A stretch of 63,893 nucleotides of DNA, counting the filler, from Mitosporidium daphniae (Eukaryota), in the NCBI RefSeq assembly GCF_000760515.2. It is 5 parts of 5 records of this genome, joined end to end, with 100 filler letters (N's around TTAATTAATTAA, not from the genome) between each part and the next. Parts side by side here need not be neighbours in the genome. Positions count along the whole stretch, not along the records: positions 1 to 13,263 come from NW_013546704.1; 4 more parts are not named here. One strand, written 5' to 3'. Below the pieces are notes generated by a model that was not told where the DNA came from, ran no database searches, and saw only the letters and a program-made list of their open reading frames with translations. The position numbers and the translations under genes were made by a program. Shown in pieces: positions 1 to 13,363 of this stretch. Each line of letters opens with the position of its first letter. Position 1 is the first letter of the stretch.

Positions 1-2026
<2,026 letters not shown>

Positions 2027-2055
2027 GTTGATGGAGCCAATAAATTTTGGAATGT

Positions 2056-2901
2056 TTATTTAATGGAAAGTGTGCGCCTAAAGTTATCTATTAAGATAAG
2101 CAGGGAATCCAATTCGTCCAATCTATGCTTGAATAAGTGATATTTCTGGAAGTAGATGGAGGTCTCATCGTCTCCAACTTGTTTTAGCGTTGCAGGAGGG
2201 CTGTGAAGTTCGAACAGCTGTTCTCCTTTATATTCCTTTTTCCGACATTTTGGACTTGATAGTAAATATGTTGGACCTCCTCCAAAGGAGGAATCACAGG
2301 AATCACAGGAATCATCCGAAAAGTCCTCTTCAGAAAATTTGTCTAGATATTGTACTATAGGATCCTTGAAACTAACAGATTTTATATTTGATGTCTTACT
2401 GGTACGTGTGCTTGGATAGTATGAATGCGAAAACCAAGATTCAGCTAGCGAAACACAATCTTCTTGCTGCTCGGCGATGTAGCCTTTGTTTTGAATAAAG
2501 CCCCTCTGTGATTCCGAAACATGGTTTGCTTTTTCCTTCGCGTTCGCTATGACGATATCGCTATTGATTCTGTTGCCTAGAATTTCATCTAAATCTTCAC
2601 TTTGATTTTCATTGATATCTTTGATTGCGGATTTCCTTTTTCGATCCTTTGGAGACAGTATTTTCAAGCTTTTTTCGCCTCTCCCAGTTAAGAATCTGAT
2701 CACTTTTTTGAATGTAGTTTCAAATAAATTTTGGCTTTTATTAAGATCTTCATAATAGTTTTTGCCATAGGCAGAAAAGAAGTTTGAATATTTGAAGATG
2801 GCAGATTTGTCTTTCTCTTCAACTGAATAAATTGTAGAAACCGGGCTATGCAGAACTTCGAATGTAGGATCATCTTTCTTTTCCTCCCAAAGTGAATTCA
2901 T
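2056..2901 (-). CDS. Hypothetical protein, 281 aa
   Basis: Long ATG-initiated ORF filling the gap between two genes; no motif recognised. Confidence 0.65.
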   Translation of the reverse strand: MNSLWEEKKDDPTFEVLHSPVSTIYSVEEKDKSAIFKYSNFFSAYGKNYYEDLNKSQNLFETTFKKVIRFLTGRGEKSLKILSPKDRKRKSAIKDINENQSEDLDEILGNRINSDIVIANAKEKANHVSESQRGFIQNKGYIAEQQEDCVSLAESWFSHSYYPSTRTSKTSNIKSVSFKDPIVQYLDKFSEEDFSDDSCDSCDSSFGGGPTYLLSSPKCRKKEYKGEQLFELHSPPATLKQVGDDETSIYFQKYHLFKHRLDELDSLLILIDNFRRTLSIK

Positions 2902-3026
2902 TTGAGAGTAAAATTGAGATTTACCGATTCATTAAATTCCAAAATATTGATTTCATCGAAGTGTCATTGGTTTCTTAATTAACAAATAGAATAAAGAATT
3001 TAATTTTATTTTTCAAATTTAAAAGA

Positions 3027-4771
3027 CTACTCGGACGGTTCGTTTTTTAAAGACGAGCGACCAGCCCTAATGACTTCGTCTACCAATAGCAAGTTAGAAG
3101 CAATGGTGACACTACATTGGAATTAAAACGAATTAAAAAATGGTACCTTGAACTTATCATATGACGAAGCACTTTGTAGTTATCCCATATGCCTTCCAGA
3201 GCGGGATCGAGGATGGATCCAGATTGAAGATCAATTCCGGCCGACTTGTTCCCGGCAGAAATTTCATCTTGAAGCGCTACGAGAACGTCCTGTGCGTCAA
3301 GACCGGCGTTGAAACACAAGGTTTTCGGTATGATCAGAAGGGCATCTGCAAATGCTTGAACACCCAATTTGGGTTTTCCCAGAATCGAATCTTTAAAAGA
3401 GGGCGAGGTTAACGAGGCGTGTAACAATGCTTGGATACAACCGGCACCTGGAAGAAGAGATCTATCTTCAATGGTGTTTTTAACAGCCCTTAGTCCATCA
3501 CGAATGGCATCATTAACTTGAGCCATCGAGTGGGCATTTGGCCCCTTAATGAGGATGGTGACTGATTTTGGCTTTTCCACCTGTTCGATGAAGGTAAATT
3601 TTTCTTCTCCAACTGACTGCTCATAAACAATACCAGCATATCCAAGCACAGATGGGGTAAGATCGTCAACCGAATTCAAGGCAGATCCACCGCAAAGTAG
3701 CGTCAATCTATGCAAAATTAGCATTTCTTCAAAGTACCGTTCCATGTTGCGACGTTTGGCTCTCCTTAGGGCCAAAATTCCGTGTTTTGCTAATACATCC
3801 AACGAAAGGGGGTCGATTCCCTTTTGACTAACAAGCACAAATCCACGCTTCTCGCCGGCTTCTTCACTACATACAGACTCCTTGAACTCGACGATCTTCT
3901 TCAGGCGATTATCGATGAACTTGCGCTCCGACTCGATTAATTTATCTCGCTGTTCAGCGGAGGAATAGAAAAAGCCGGAATTGACTTCACTAAAGAAAGC
4001 GAAAGGGAAAATACCTTTTTTCGTACTCGAGAGACACATTCAAGGTTAGAATAAACGCATTGCTAACCCGTTTGGGCATGTCCGGGTGGCGAGCTCCATG
4101 GTCCAGAACAAGTCCCACAACAAGTTTTGATTCGAAAATGGAATGGTGATACATCTTCATGATTTCGACCATATGCAGGTCAATGGAGTTGTTAAATCTT
4201 CCAATTGTCAGCACGGAGTCAACGATTGCAGGTGCCAACGAGTCGGCGAGATTTTTTGCCAATTTTGTGCTCAACGCAGTTTTTGCGACAGCCAACAGCG
4301 TTGCTCTATCCAAGGGATTTTCGAGAGTAATTTTGAATTGCTCTAAAAGACGAAGAGCCTCTTGCCTAGCAAGCTCAAATCCTTCCGTAATTGGACGGGG
4401 ATGCACGCCATCCGAGACATATCTGAATGCCTGTTTAAGCAGTTCGCCGATTAGCAGAACATTTGATGTTGTGCCATCGCCAGTAATGTCATCTTGGGCC
4501 GTTGCTGCCCGAGCAATCATAGCAGCAGTGGCGTTTTGGAAGCTCATTTCGGATAACAACACCTTGCCGTCCTTGGTAGTTTTAATATCCCCGGCGCCAG
4601 AGACGAGCCTAGGGTAAGAAAATGGCGTGTGTACATTTTAAGGGTACCCTTTGGACCCAGGTTAGACTTGACCACTGTTTGCAGCCCTAAAGCAGAGTTG
4701 ACCATCATAGAAAGTGCTTGTCCATGCCTCAAGACATCTGCATTGGGGTTAACAGACTGAATGGCAGACAT
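3027..4771 (-). CDS. CCT6: T-complex protein 1 subunit zeta, spliced
   Basis: [54 protein letters not shown]-terminus [15 protein letters not shown]. Confidence 0.96.
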
Positions 4772-4853
4772 CTCAGAATTAATGTAAAATTTATGCAAAT
4801 TGCAACTTGTCAATGATGCATGAATAAAGTTTAATTTTTACGGTAATTTCGTT

Positions 4854-7049
4854 ATGGCTGATCCGAGAGCGTCTCCTTCGGATTCTGGTTTGATAGATTA
4901 TTGTTTACCGTAGAAACTGGACCAAGTGCCCCTCTAACTGATGCGACAACTATGTTTTCACACGGCATTCCATCTTCAGCCATCCCTTTTGCTGGAGCTC
5001 CAGTAATGGCTCAGCCCTATTTCCCTGGAATCCAATCAATGGAGCAGCTGCAACCAGGCTTCTCGTCAGCTCTTCCGGGAATACCGTTGATCCCACCCAC
5101 TCCTATTGTTAATCCTGCGACTCTACTATCCTCCGTTGCTTCATCCACATCTCTACCTGTATATAATACTGGATTAACTACTGCCTCTAGCATGCTTTTA
5201 CCATCTTCTTCCTCTTCCTCCTCATCATCACATGTTATACAAGCAGGTCCAGAGTTAAAAAGTGTCGATGTTTATTCAACTGATCCGTCCTTGATTTACA
5301 AGCCAGTTGAGGATCTAATGGGTGGTCAAGTCTCGACGACCGCTTTTATCGGATCTCTTTCAGATGGTGTCTCTGATGATCTTATCCAAAAGATTCTAGA
5401 GGTAAATATTGGGCGTCTAATTGGTTTAGTTTTGTGGACGAGTTATGAAGTGGAAGAGGCCATTGGATCCTTCGGGGAAGTTTAAGAGTAAGCGCGTTTT
5501 GAGGCTCATTGGACTAGGTTTTGGGTTTTGTGACTTTATGCAGCCCGATGGCATATTGAGGGCACTGAGGATCTTGTCACTGTTGCAGCTTAAAGGGCAG
5601 CAACTAACGGTTTCCAATATGCAGGTCCTTCTTACTCCTTAGGTCAAAGCTGACGAGAATACTCGGTCAAATTTGAATCGATACGAAGACACTTTGAAAA
5701 CATATTTGAAATCGAGACCAAATATTCCGGTACCCGGTTTTTGATTTGACCATTTTAGAACCACACCGCTTTTGATGCTCCTGCAAGAGAGCAGATCTCT
5801 GAGCTTCTGAAATCGAAAAATATTCCTTTTTTCTGGAACGATCCAAATGCACCGCTTATGCCCCAGGTGGACGCTTCACCATCCGCAAAATCGGATCCCA
5901 GTAAGCTAAAGTCCGCCCCGAATGTACAGCCATCTGAGTATGACATTGAAAGAGATCTTGAAAGGTACCGTTTTTGCTTACATTTCGTAGTCGACGTAGG
6001 GCTTTGCGCGAACTTGACCGTCTTGCAGAACAGGAACAGGAGCGAAAAGAGGCTCAATACAAAGAGGTTTTTTATCTTCACATAACCCCGTGTAGCGTTT
6101 GAAACGGTGGAGAAACAAAGAGGACACCATTTCCCGAGACTATAACAGATTTCTTGAAGATGAACGCCGGGAAAAACAAAATCTGGCCTCTCTTCGGGCG
6201 GACCACGAGGCCGTAGTTAACCTACACCTCGATTACTCTACCTTTGTGGCAAAGGACCAATTTTTTCTGGATCGAAATTCTTGGCGTGCAAGCAGGGCTA
6301 GGCTGCTCTCAAAGGAACACAACCTGCTGACCGAAAATGATCTTTCATTCATCAAGTCAGAGATGGAAAAGATTCTTTCTCTTTCGCTTTTCGAAGATCG
6401 TCTTTACAAAAATACGGCAATTTCTTTACAGGGGGGATCCGCAGCACAGTCATCGAAGCATTCGCATTTTTATAAGGACGAGTATGAAGATAACGAGAGG
6501 GCCCCGTACCCGCGCCATCGACACAATTCTTCCAGCAAAGAACCTCGAGTCTCCATTTTAAAGCAAAAAATGGGCTTAAACCTTCCCGAGTGGCTTACAA
6601 TTGATGAACTTATCGCCTCTGGAATGTCATCCGAAGATGCAACAGCAAAATCGAATGCCCAACAAAAGCATCGGTTGGAATTGCTCGCAAAGATCCTCCC
6701 CACTGATAGGTCAGATGTATTTCATTTTGATGTTTTTTGGCCGATTCTTGACAATGAAAAGAAATTCTTTTCCACCACTCTTCCCCAATGGCTGACCAAA
6801 AAACTTCCAGAGGTCATTGATTCGAAAACGGTGGATTCTTCTCCTTTTATTGAAGCCATTTTGCATTCCATCCGGACACACAAGAACCCCTTCAAGCTAG
6901 TAAGTGAGCTTACATTTCTCTTAGAAGGCGATAAGAAGGATAAATACCACTCCGATCGGGATGAAAGTGAAAAATCGTCTATTTTTATTCTCAAGCTCTG
7001 GAGATTTCTCATTTTGGAATCCGAGAGATTGCTTTTATCACGAGAATAA
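4854..7049 (+). CDS. RBM25: RBM25/Snu71-like splicing factor (RRM, charged region, PWI), spliced
   Basis: RRM AFIGSLSDGVSDDLIQKILE...WKRPLDPSGKFK/FGFCDF...LRALRIL; PWI-like end LFHFDVFW-type motif and FILKLWRFLILES. Confidence 0.8.
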
Positions 7050-7058
7050 ATTATTACA

Positions 7059-7136
7059 CCCAAACGTGTCGGCTTTATTACTGCGCCCAAACGTGTCGGC
7101 TTTATTACTGCGCCCAAACGTGTCGGCTTTATTACT
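7059..7136. repeat. 27-nt tandem repeat, about 3 copies (cccaaacgtgtcggctttattactgcg)
   Basis: Directly visible between two convergent stop codons. Confidence 0.95.
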
Positions 7137-7198
7137 TTCCGAGCGATGATGACACCAGTGCCATTTTATTACTTTCCGAGCCATAAGGCCCTTCTTTT

Positions 7199-8344
7199 CT
7201 ACTTAATGAAATCAAATAGTAGGAGGGATATAGAGAGGCAAATCAGAAAGATGGCCCCAATCTTAAAGGGTCCTTCTGGGTTTGCGCTTGCTTGTTGTAA
7301 ACAGTCAAGGCCCCGTCCAATGTCATTCAAAGACAAGTGTGCCTCGTCAAAAATGGCGTCAACTGCAATAGATTGCACCTCCAAGTGCTGACCAAGCATC
7401 GATTGAAGGGCCGCTATGGCTTCTAATTGTCTTTGAGTAGCCTTTATCGTAGATATCTCTTCCTGGTGTATATCAAACGACTTTTCATAAGTCAAAGCTT
7501 GTGCGTTCGCCAAAATAGATGGACTCCTCTCAGTAATGCTTTCATCGTTTTGCAAGGAACCTTCAGGGACATTGGCACTGCTGTATTTTGGCGGACCTGT
7601 AAGGCTTGCGTTTTTATGTCCCTGTGCATACTTGGGAGAAGATAACCTGGCACTTTTGAGCTCCTTGCGAAAATTATCAAAAAATCTAGTTATTAGCGGA
7701 TTTGAGGCCAGCAGATGATTACATTTTGGGTGCATTCAGCTCGGCTTCTCGGATGACTCGAAGAAAATCGGCAAGCGTGAAAAAGGCAGACACCGAGCGA
7801 TGTTTGACAATGAGGGATTGTAGAGCGGAAGCAAATAGCCAAAGTCTGACATCTATTTGTTGGATCGCTAAAGAAAGCCTATTTTCGTCTTCTCCGCGCC
7901 GAAAAAAAGACTCCCAGATGATATCTTCCGGAAGCTGGATATAGTTGTAAAATTCACTTTCAAAATTGTCGGCCCAAATGGAAATGGCAAAAGAAATTTG
8001 TTTATCTAGCTTTTCTAATACCAATGACATGGACTCTTTGACTTTGTCTCGCTCGTCAAGAGATAGTTTAAGAGTTTCTTCGCGAGAAATCATCGAATAC
8101 GCTCCAGAAATCGACACCATCGTTGAGTTGCACGTGTTTAGTTCTTTATCCTATGATGTCGATGAGAAAACTATAATATTACAATTTCTAATAGGGTTTC
8201 TCGAAAGGACAAGACCCATTTGGGCAGGGATTTTGAGAAATTATATTGTTCCGCAGAAGCCCCTCTTTTAGGGGAACATACTTGCTCAGATTCAGACACG
8301 AATTTGGTGTAAAGATTGAAGAACCTCTCCGAAACATCAGTCAT
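7199..8344 (-). CDS. UFE1: Syntaxin-18/Ufe1 ER Qa-SNARE, 2 introns
   Basis: N-terminus MTDVSERFF, LSLDERDKV motif, SNARE coil IKATQRQLEAIAALQSMLGQHLEVQSIAVDAIFDE, C-terminal TM ending LLLFDFIK. Confidence 0.75.
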
Positions 8345-8382
8345 GTTGACGATGAATTTTGTAAAACTTTAAATTTTACTGG

Positions 8383-10903
8383 ATGAATTCTCTTTTCACA
8401 TCATATAAACTCTTTAAGCCGTCCATTTATAGATGCTATCATTGGCATGCAAAATCCTGCTATTCAAATGCTGCTGCAGATTTTGTACATTCCAATTTGC
8501 TGGCTACATCTGTGGAGAATGTATGCTTTGTCCTTTATGCTTGTAGACTCGGATAAAGTTTCAAAGGAACATTGGAATTTCGGCACATATTGACAGCGGG
8601 AAAACCACTCTTACGGAAAGAATTCTTTTTTACACCGGCAGGATTAACGAGATCCACGAGGTCCGTGGCAAAGATGGTGTTGGTGCCAAGATGGATTCTA
8701 TGGATCTCGAGCGTGAAAAGGGCATTACAATCCAGTCCGCTGCAACTTATTGCAAATGGAAGCACTTTAACATCAATATCATCGACACTCCAGGTATTTT
8801 TTGTATGATTTTTGCTCGCTTTTATTAATCGCTTTTGTTGGCCTTCTTTATCTTTAGGCCATGTTGACTTTACCATTGAGGTTGAAAGGGCCCTGCGTGT
8901 GTTGGATGCCGCTATTTTGGTCGTTTGCGGAGCCTCTGGCATTCAAGTTAGCCCATTTTAGCTATTCAAATAGAGCCAAACAATTACCGTCGACCGGCAG
9001 ATGAAGCGCTACAATGTGCCTAGGATTGCCTTTATCAACAAGCTCGATCGGATGGGTGCTAAACCAATTGAAATTATTTCGCAACTAAAAACCAAATTAA
9101 AGCTGAATGCTGCGGCAGTTCAGCTTCCAATTGGCTTGGAGGAAGATCATCAAGGAGTGGTGGATTTGATTACAATGACGGGCCATTATTTTTCCGGCAA
9201 AAATGGAAGCGATGTTACTTCATGTCCAGCCGACAAGCTTCCAGAACCTCTGCGTTTTCAGGCATCGGCTTATCGCATGAAGCTTATCGAAGCCATTGCA
9301 AACGTCGACAATGAGGTGGCGGATTATTATCTTTTGGAAGAGGATCCACCGCAACACATTTTAAAGGTACTCCTTTTTTCATGCCATATTTGTAGGAAGC
9401 AATAAAAAGGGCAACAATTGAACGGAAATTTGTCCCTGTATTCATGGGCTCTGCTTACAAGAACATTGGAGTACAGCTTCTTTTAGATGGCGTTGGGGAT
9501 TATCTCCCAGACCCATCTCAAGTCAAAAACTTTGCTTTCGATGACAAGGGCAACTCTCTTTGTTTGAAATGCAACTCTTCCGAGCAGACCGTTGCCTATG
9601 CGTTTAAATTGGACGATGGTCGCTTTGGTCAATTGACATACATGAGGGTCTACCAAGGCTCCATATCGAGAGGAGCATTGCTTATCAACACTCGCACAGC
9701 GAAACGTCTTAAAGTACCGCGGCTTGTCAGGATGCATGCGTCTGAGATGGAAGATGTTGACTCTGTTGGTTCTGGTGAAATTTGTGCAATATTCGGAGTT
9801 GATTGCGCCACAGGCGATACTTTTATTTCACCTACTGGCCCTGGAGACTCATCTACACTTTCAATGATTTCAATGAGCCCAATGCACGTGCCAGACCCTG
9901 TCATTTCTCTTGCTATTCGTCCCAAATTAAAAGACAATAGCGGATTCAGCAGAGCTCTTGCAAAGTTTCAGAAGGAGGACCCAACTTTTCGTATGCACAT
10001 TGACCCTGAAACGCAAGAAGTTATTATCTCTGGAATGGGCGAGCTTCATTTGGAAATATATATTGAGCGGATGAAGAGGGAATATGGGTGCGAGGTTGTG
10101 ACCGGAAAGCCACGAGTCGCTTTTCGCGAAACAATCAGAGAAAGAATCTCGTTTGACTATTTGCACAAGAAGCAAACAGGAGGAAGCGGTCAATTTGGAA
10201 GAGTGATAGGCTACATTGAACCCATCACTACGGATTGGAATGAAATATGCTCCAATTCTCAGTCTACAGACAAAACTAACACTGCCGAGGCCTTGGATGC
10301 ATCCATGACTGCCGCTTCGATGAATACCTTGCTACCAAACGAATTTTCCAACCAGGTTGTCGGTGGCACGATTCCGCCACAGTTCATCCCGGCTTGTGAA
10401 AAGGGGTTTTATGAGTCATGCCAGGAAGGCCTACTTATCGCCCATCCAATTACAAATCTTCGAATGGTTATGCAGGAGGGTGCGTCACATATCGTTGATT
10501 CCAATGAGCATGCGTTCAGGGCTGCCACAAAAGCAGCTTTTAGAGAAGGTAATTTGGTTTTCTTTTTATTTGATCAGCATTTTTTGCTGCCTCACCGTTG
10601 ATATTGGAACCCGTAATGAGAGTGACTGTTAGGATTCCTGCAGAGTTCCAGGGTTCTGTTGTGACAGGAATCTCAAAGCGAAAGGGAATCATCGTTGATT
10701 CGGATGCTCAGGAGGAGGGTACAAACATCATTGCGGATGTCCCTTTGAACCAAATGTTTGGCTTTTCGTCAGAGCTAAGGTCAATGACACAGGGAAAGGG
10801 CGAATTTTCAATGGAATACAAGAACCATATGCCTATCCTTCCCTCTTCTCAAGAAGATATTGTGTCTGAATATGAGAAGAATAGGTGCAAGCGTCGAGAA
10901 TAG
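8383..10903 (+). CDS. MEF1: Mitochondrial elongation factor G1, spliced
   Basis: Presequence-like [17 protein letters not shown], then [57 protein letters not shown]. Confidence 0.96.
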
Positions 10904-11026
10904 GCGCGAACTCCGAAAATAGGGATAATCAATTAATTGCATATTTCACACACCAATCATAGCGTTCCGACGATGATTATGTAGGAGATTTTATTGGCGT
11001 GGAGCAAGGTTTTAAATTAAAATTTA

Positions 11027-12085
11027 ATGGGTTTTAATTTTATGTTAGTCTGTAAACACAAATTTGCTTGCATTTTTCTTTTGGCCTCCTTCATGGCATT
11101 TGTTCATAGTAACGGGGTTCGAGACGGGATTGATGGATTTTTCCTGACCAACGCACTAAATAACATTGCACATCATTTCCAAAATGTTTTAAATTCTTTA
11201 TATGAGAATATTGAGATTTTCACGAGTGACTTTCCAAACGGTTTGAATATTCTTTTATCGAGGCTTGAGGCTGTTCTTGAAGATCCTTTGATTCATGAAG
11301 ATGGATTTCTACCTCTAATGGAGGAGAAGAATAATATAAGTTGGAGGATTAAAGCTGAAAGCATCTTTTATATCAACATCTATATAATCATTCTTTTCTC
11401 GACCTTTTTGAAGCTAATCTGCTTTATTGAACCATGGACCCTTGCGTCTATTTTGCTCTTTGCCCCCCGCACTTCTAATAAGGCACGCAAAGCCACGGTA
11501 CTAGCTCTAATTTCTTTTTTGTTCAATCCATTATTAACATCAATTTTTATCTTTGTGGGAATAATGATCTTGCTCAAGCTAGTATTTCCTAACCTTCCGT
11601 TCAGATATATGGACTTTATTGGCTATTTTCAAGATTTATACAAAAAAACTCCGTTTGAGTATTTTTTGGATCATATTTTCGGGGGCTCATCGATGGGAAT
11701 TAGGATATTTTACATGGTCTTTACGTATCTTGTTCTCTCCGTGTTCGTTAAAGGGCTCAATTTTATGATGTTTTCATACTCTATTTCCAGACCATCAAAA
11801 CGTAGCCGTCGAAAAAAAAACCGCGCTAGGATGCTTTCGGAATCAAAAATGCACAATTCTAATGATCCTCTTCAACTGGTGGTCATAAACGACACAGATA
11901 GCAATGAGATTAATACAGAACTTCCACTGGCCTCATCAACGGAGGAGAATGTTGCAGTACCGCCTGCTTCATCGATTGAAGAAAATGTCATATTGTCCTC
12001 TGCTTCATTATCAGGATTTAAGACATCTGGATATCTTAACCTGTTATACATAGTAATTGGTCCAATCCTTGCTCTGGTAATTTAA
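11027..12085 (+). CDS. Hypothetical multi-pass membrane protein with signal peptide, 352 aa
   Basis: Intronless ORF; hydrophobic N-terminus, several TM segments, basic patch KRSRRKKNRAR, hydrophobic C-terminus. Confidence 0.7.
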   Translation: MGFNFMLVCKHKFACIFLLASFMAFVHSNGVRDGIDGFFLTNALNNIAHHFQNVLNSLYENIEIFTSDFPNGLNILLSRLEAVLEDPLIHEDGFLPLMEEKNNISWRIKAESIFYINIYIIILFSTFLKLICFIEPWTLASILLFAPRTSNKARKATVLALISFLFNPLLTSIFIFVGIMILLKLVFPNLPFRYMDFIGYFQDLYKKTPFEYFLDHIFGGSSMGIRIFYMVFTYLVLSVFVKGLNFMMFSYSISRPSKRSRRKKNRARMLSESKMHNSNDPLQLVVINDTDSNEINTELPLASSTEENVAVPPASSIEENVILSSASLSGFKTSGYLNLLYIVIGPILALVI

Positions 12086-12114
12086 TTAAATAAAATGCGA
12101 TTTTTTGAATAGAG

Positions 12115-12906
12115 ATGATGGAGGAGCCCATTGATGGGGACTTTGTCCCCATTCGTTTTAACACGGCCAACACTCAATGTAAAATTCCCTAGCATTAAAA
12201 GATAGACACAGCTATTCTCGACGAGATTAACAGCCTTTCGTCAAAGTCGATTTACGATAGTGCCTCTCTACAATTAACGAGTACTTTCCTGATGATTAAC
12301 CCTTCCCATTATTTTGTATGGACTTATCGACGCCGAATTCTAGACTTTCTCTCAAAAACAAACGAAAATGCCTGGAAGGGAGAGCTCGAGTGGCTCAACC
12401 GGCTTACTGTCGAAGAGACTAAAAACTATCAAATATGGTGCATTTGGGGAGATTTTATTTGTAGGCGACATCGTGAGCTTGTTATTTGCAATTTGTCCGT
12501 AATTCCAGTGACAAAGGAGCTAAAATTTCTGGATGACGCTATTTTCGGCGGCCCAACGGGAGATCCCAAAAATTACCATGCCTGGGCATATAGGTTTGTT
12601 CGCTTCGCTAACAACAGAATTTGGCTCGTTACTCTTTCAGGATGCTTCATACCGGAATTGGTTTCATCGGGCAATTGGATTAAAAGAGATCCCTTCAATA
12701 ATTCTGCTTGGAATTTTAGGGCCTTTTTAGTTCGCTCAATAATTAGCGATAAAAGTGTTTCCTTCGACCTTCAACTCGAAAAAGAGTATGTTATTGGATG
12801 TATCTTTTTTTATAGCTTTGTCGACACCGTAGCACCAGGAAATTCGAAAAACCCGAGTAGCGTATCATATTTGAATTTGCTATCCGAATTAAATGTTAAA
12901 ATGTGA
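12115..12906 (+). CDS. RAM2: Protein farnesyltransferase/GGTase-I alpha subunit, spliced
   Basis: PPTA repeats NPSHYFVWTYRR, KNYQIW/RHR, PKNYHAWAYR, DPFNNSAWNFR. Confidence 0.85.
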
Positions 12907-12911
12907 TGAGA

Positions 12912-13194
12912 ATCGTTACGGGGGCATGTAAACTCCAGGTTTGGGTAATTTACCAATTAAAACCTTACTGGATTAACCCTGGAGTATTCACACCCCCTAC
13001 GATCATGATCGCGAATCCAAATTTGAAATTTAGGATTTACCAAAATCTGGTGATCACCATGCAAACTACGTGGCCGATAACTAGAGTCCCTATAATTCCA
13101 TATAGTGGAAGCGCAAAGTTTACACCCGATAACTTGATATTCAAACTAAATTGTAGGGTGCCACTCTATGCATATTGCATGTGATAGTTATTGG
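12912..13194 (+). ncRNA. Candidate structured non-coding RNA, family unidentified
   Basis: At least eight nested helices found by eye; non-canonical pairs within the helices are G-U on the + strand (see findings). Confidence 0.5.
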
Positions 13195-13221
13195 TACTAA
13201 TCCCTGGAAGAAGATAATGAG

Positions 13222-13263
13222 CACACACACACACAGACACACACACATACACACACACACACA
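13222..13263. repeat. Interrupted (CA)n microsatellite at contig end
   Basis: cacacacacacacagacacacacacatacacaca... directly before the N gap. Confidence 0.95.
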
Positions 13264-13363
13264 NNNNNNNNNNNNNNNNNNNNNNNNNNNNNNNNNNNNN
13301 NNNNNNNTTAATTAATTAANNNNNNNNNNNNNNNNNNNNNNNNNNNNNNNNNNNNNNNNNNNN
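13264..13363. other. Assembly gap: 100 nt of N containing a TTAATTAATTAA stop linker
   Basis: Same structure at all four gaps. Confidence 0.98.

Noticed and set aside
7059..7136. 27-nt repeats as a CRISPR array
   Set aside because: No unique spacers, no cas genes, eukaryotic context.
12903..13184. 93-aa ORF over the structured region
   Set aside because: GTG start overlapping the RAM2 stop, no recognisable motif; RNA structure explains the sequence better.
13308..13319. TTAATTAATTAA recurring inside all four N runs
   Set aside because: Artificial all-frame stop linker in fixed 100-nt gaps; the LIN tail of the GRP94 ORF is an artefact of it.
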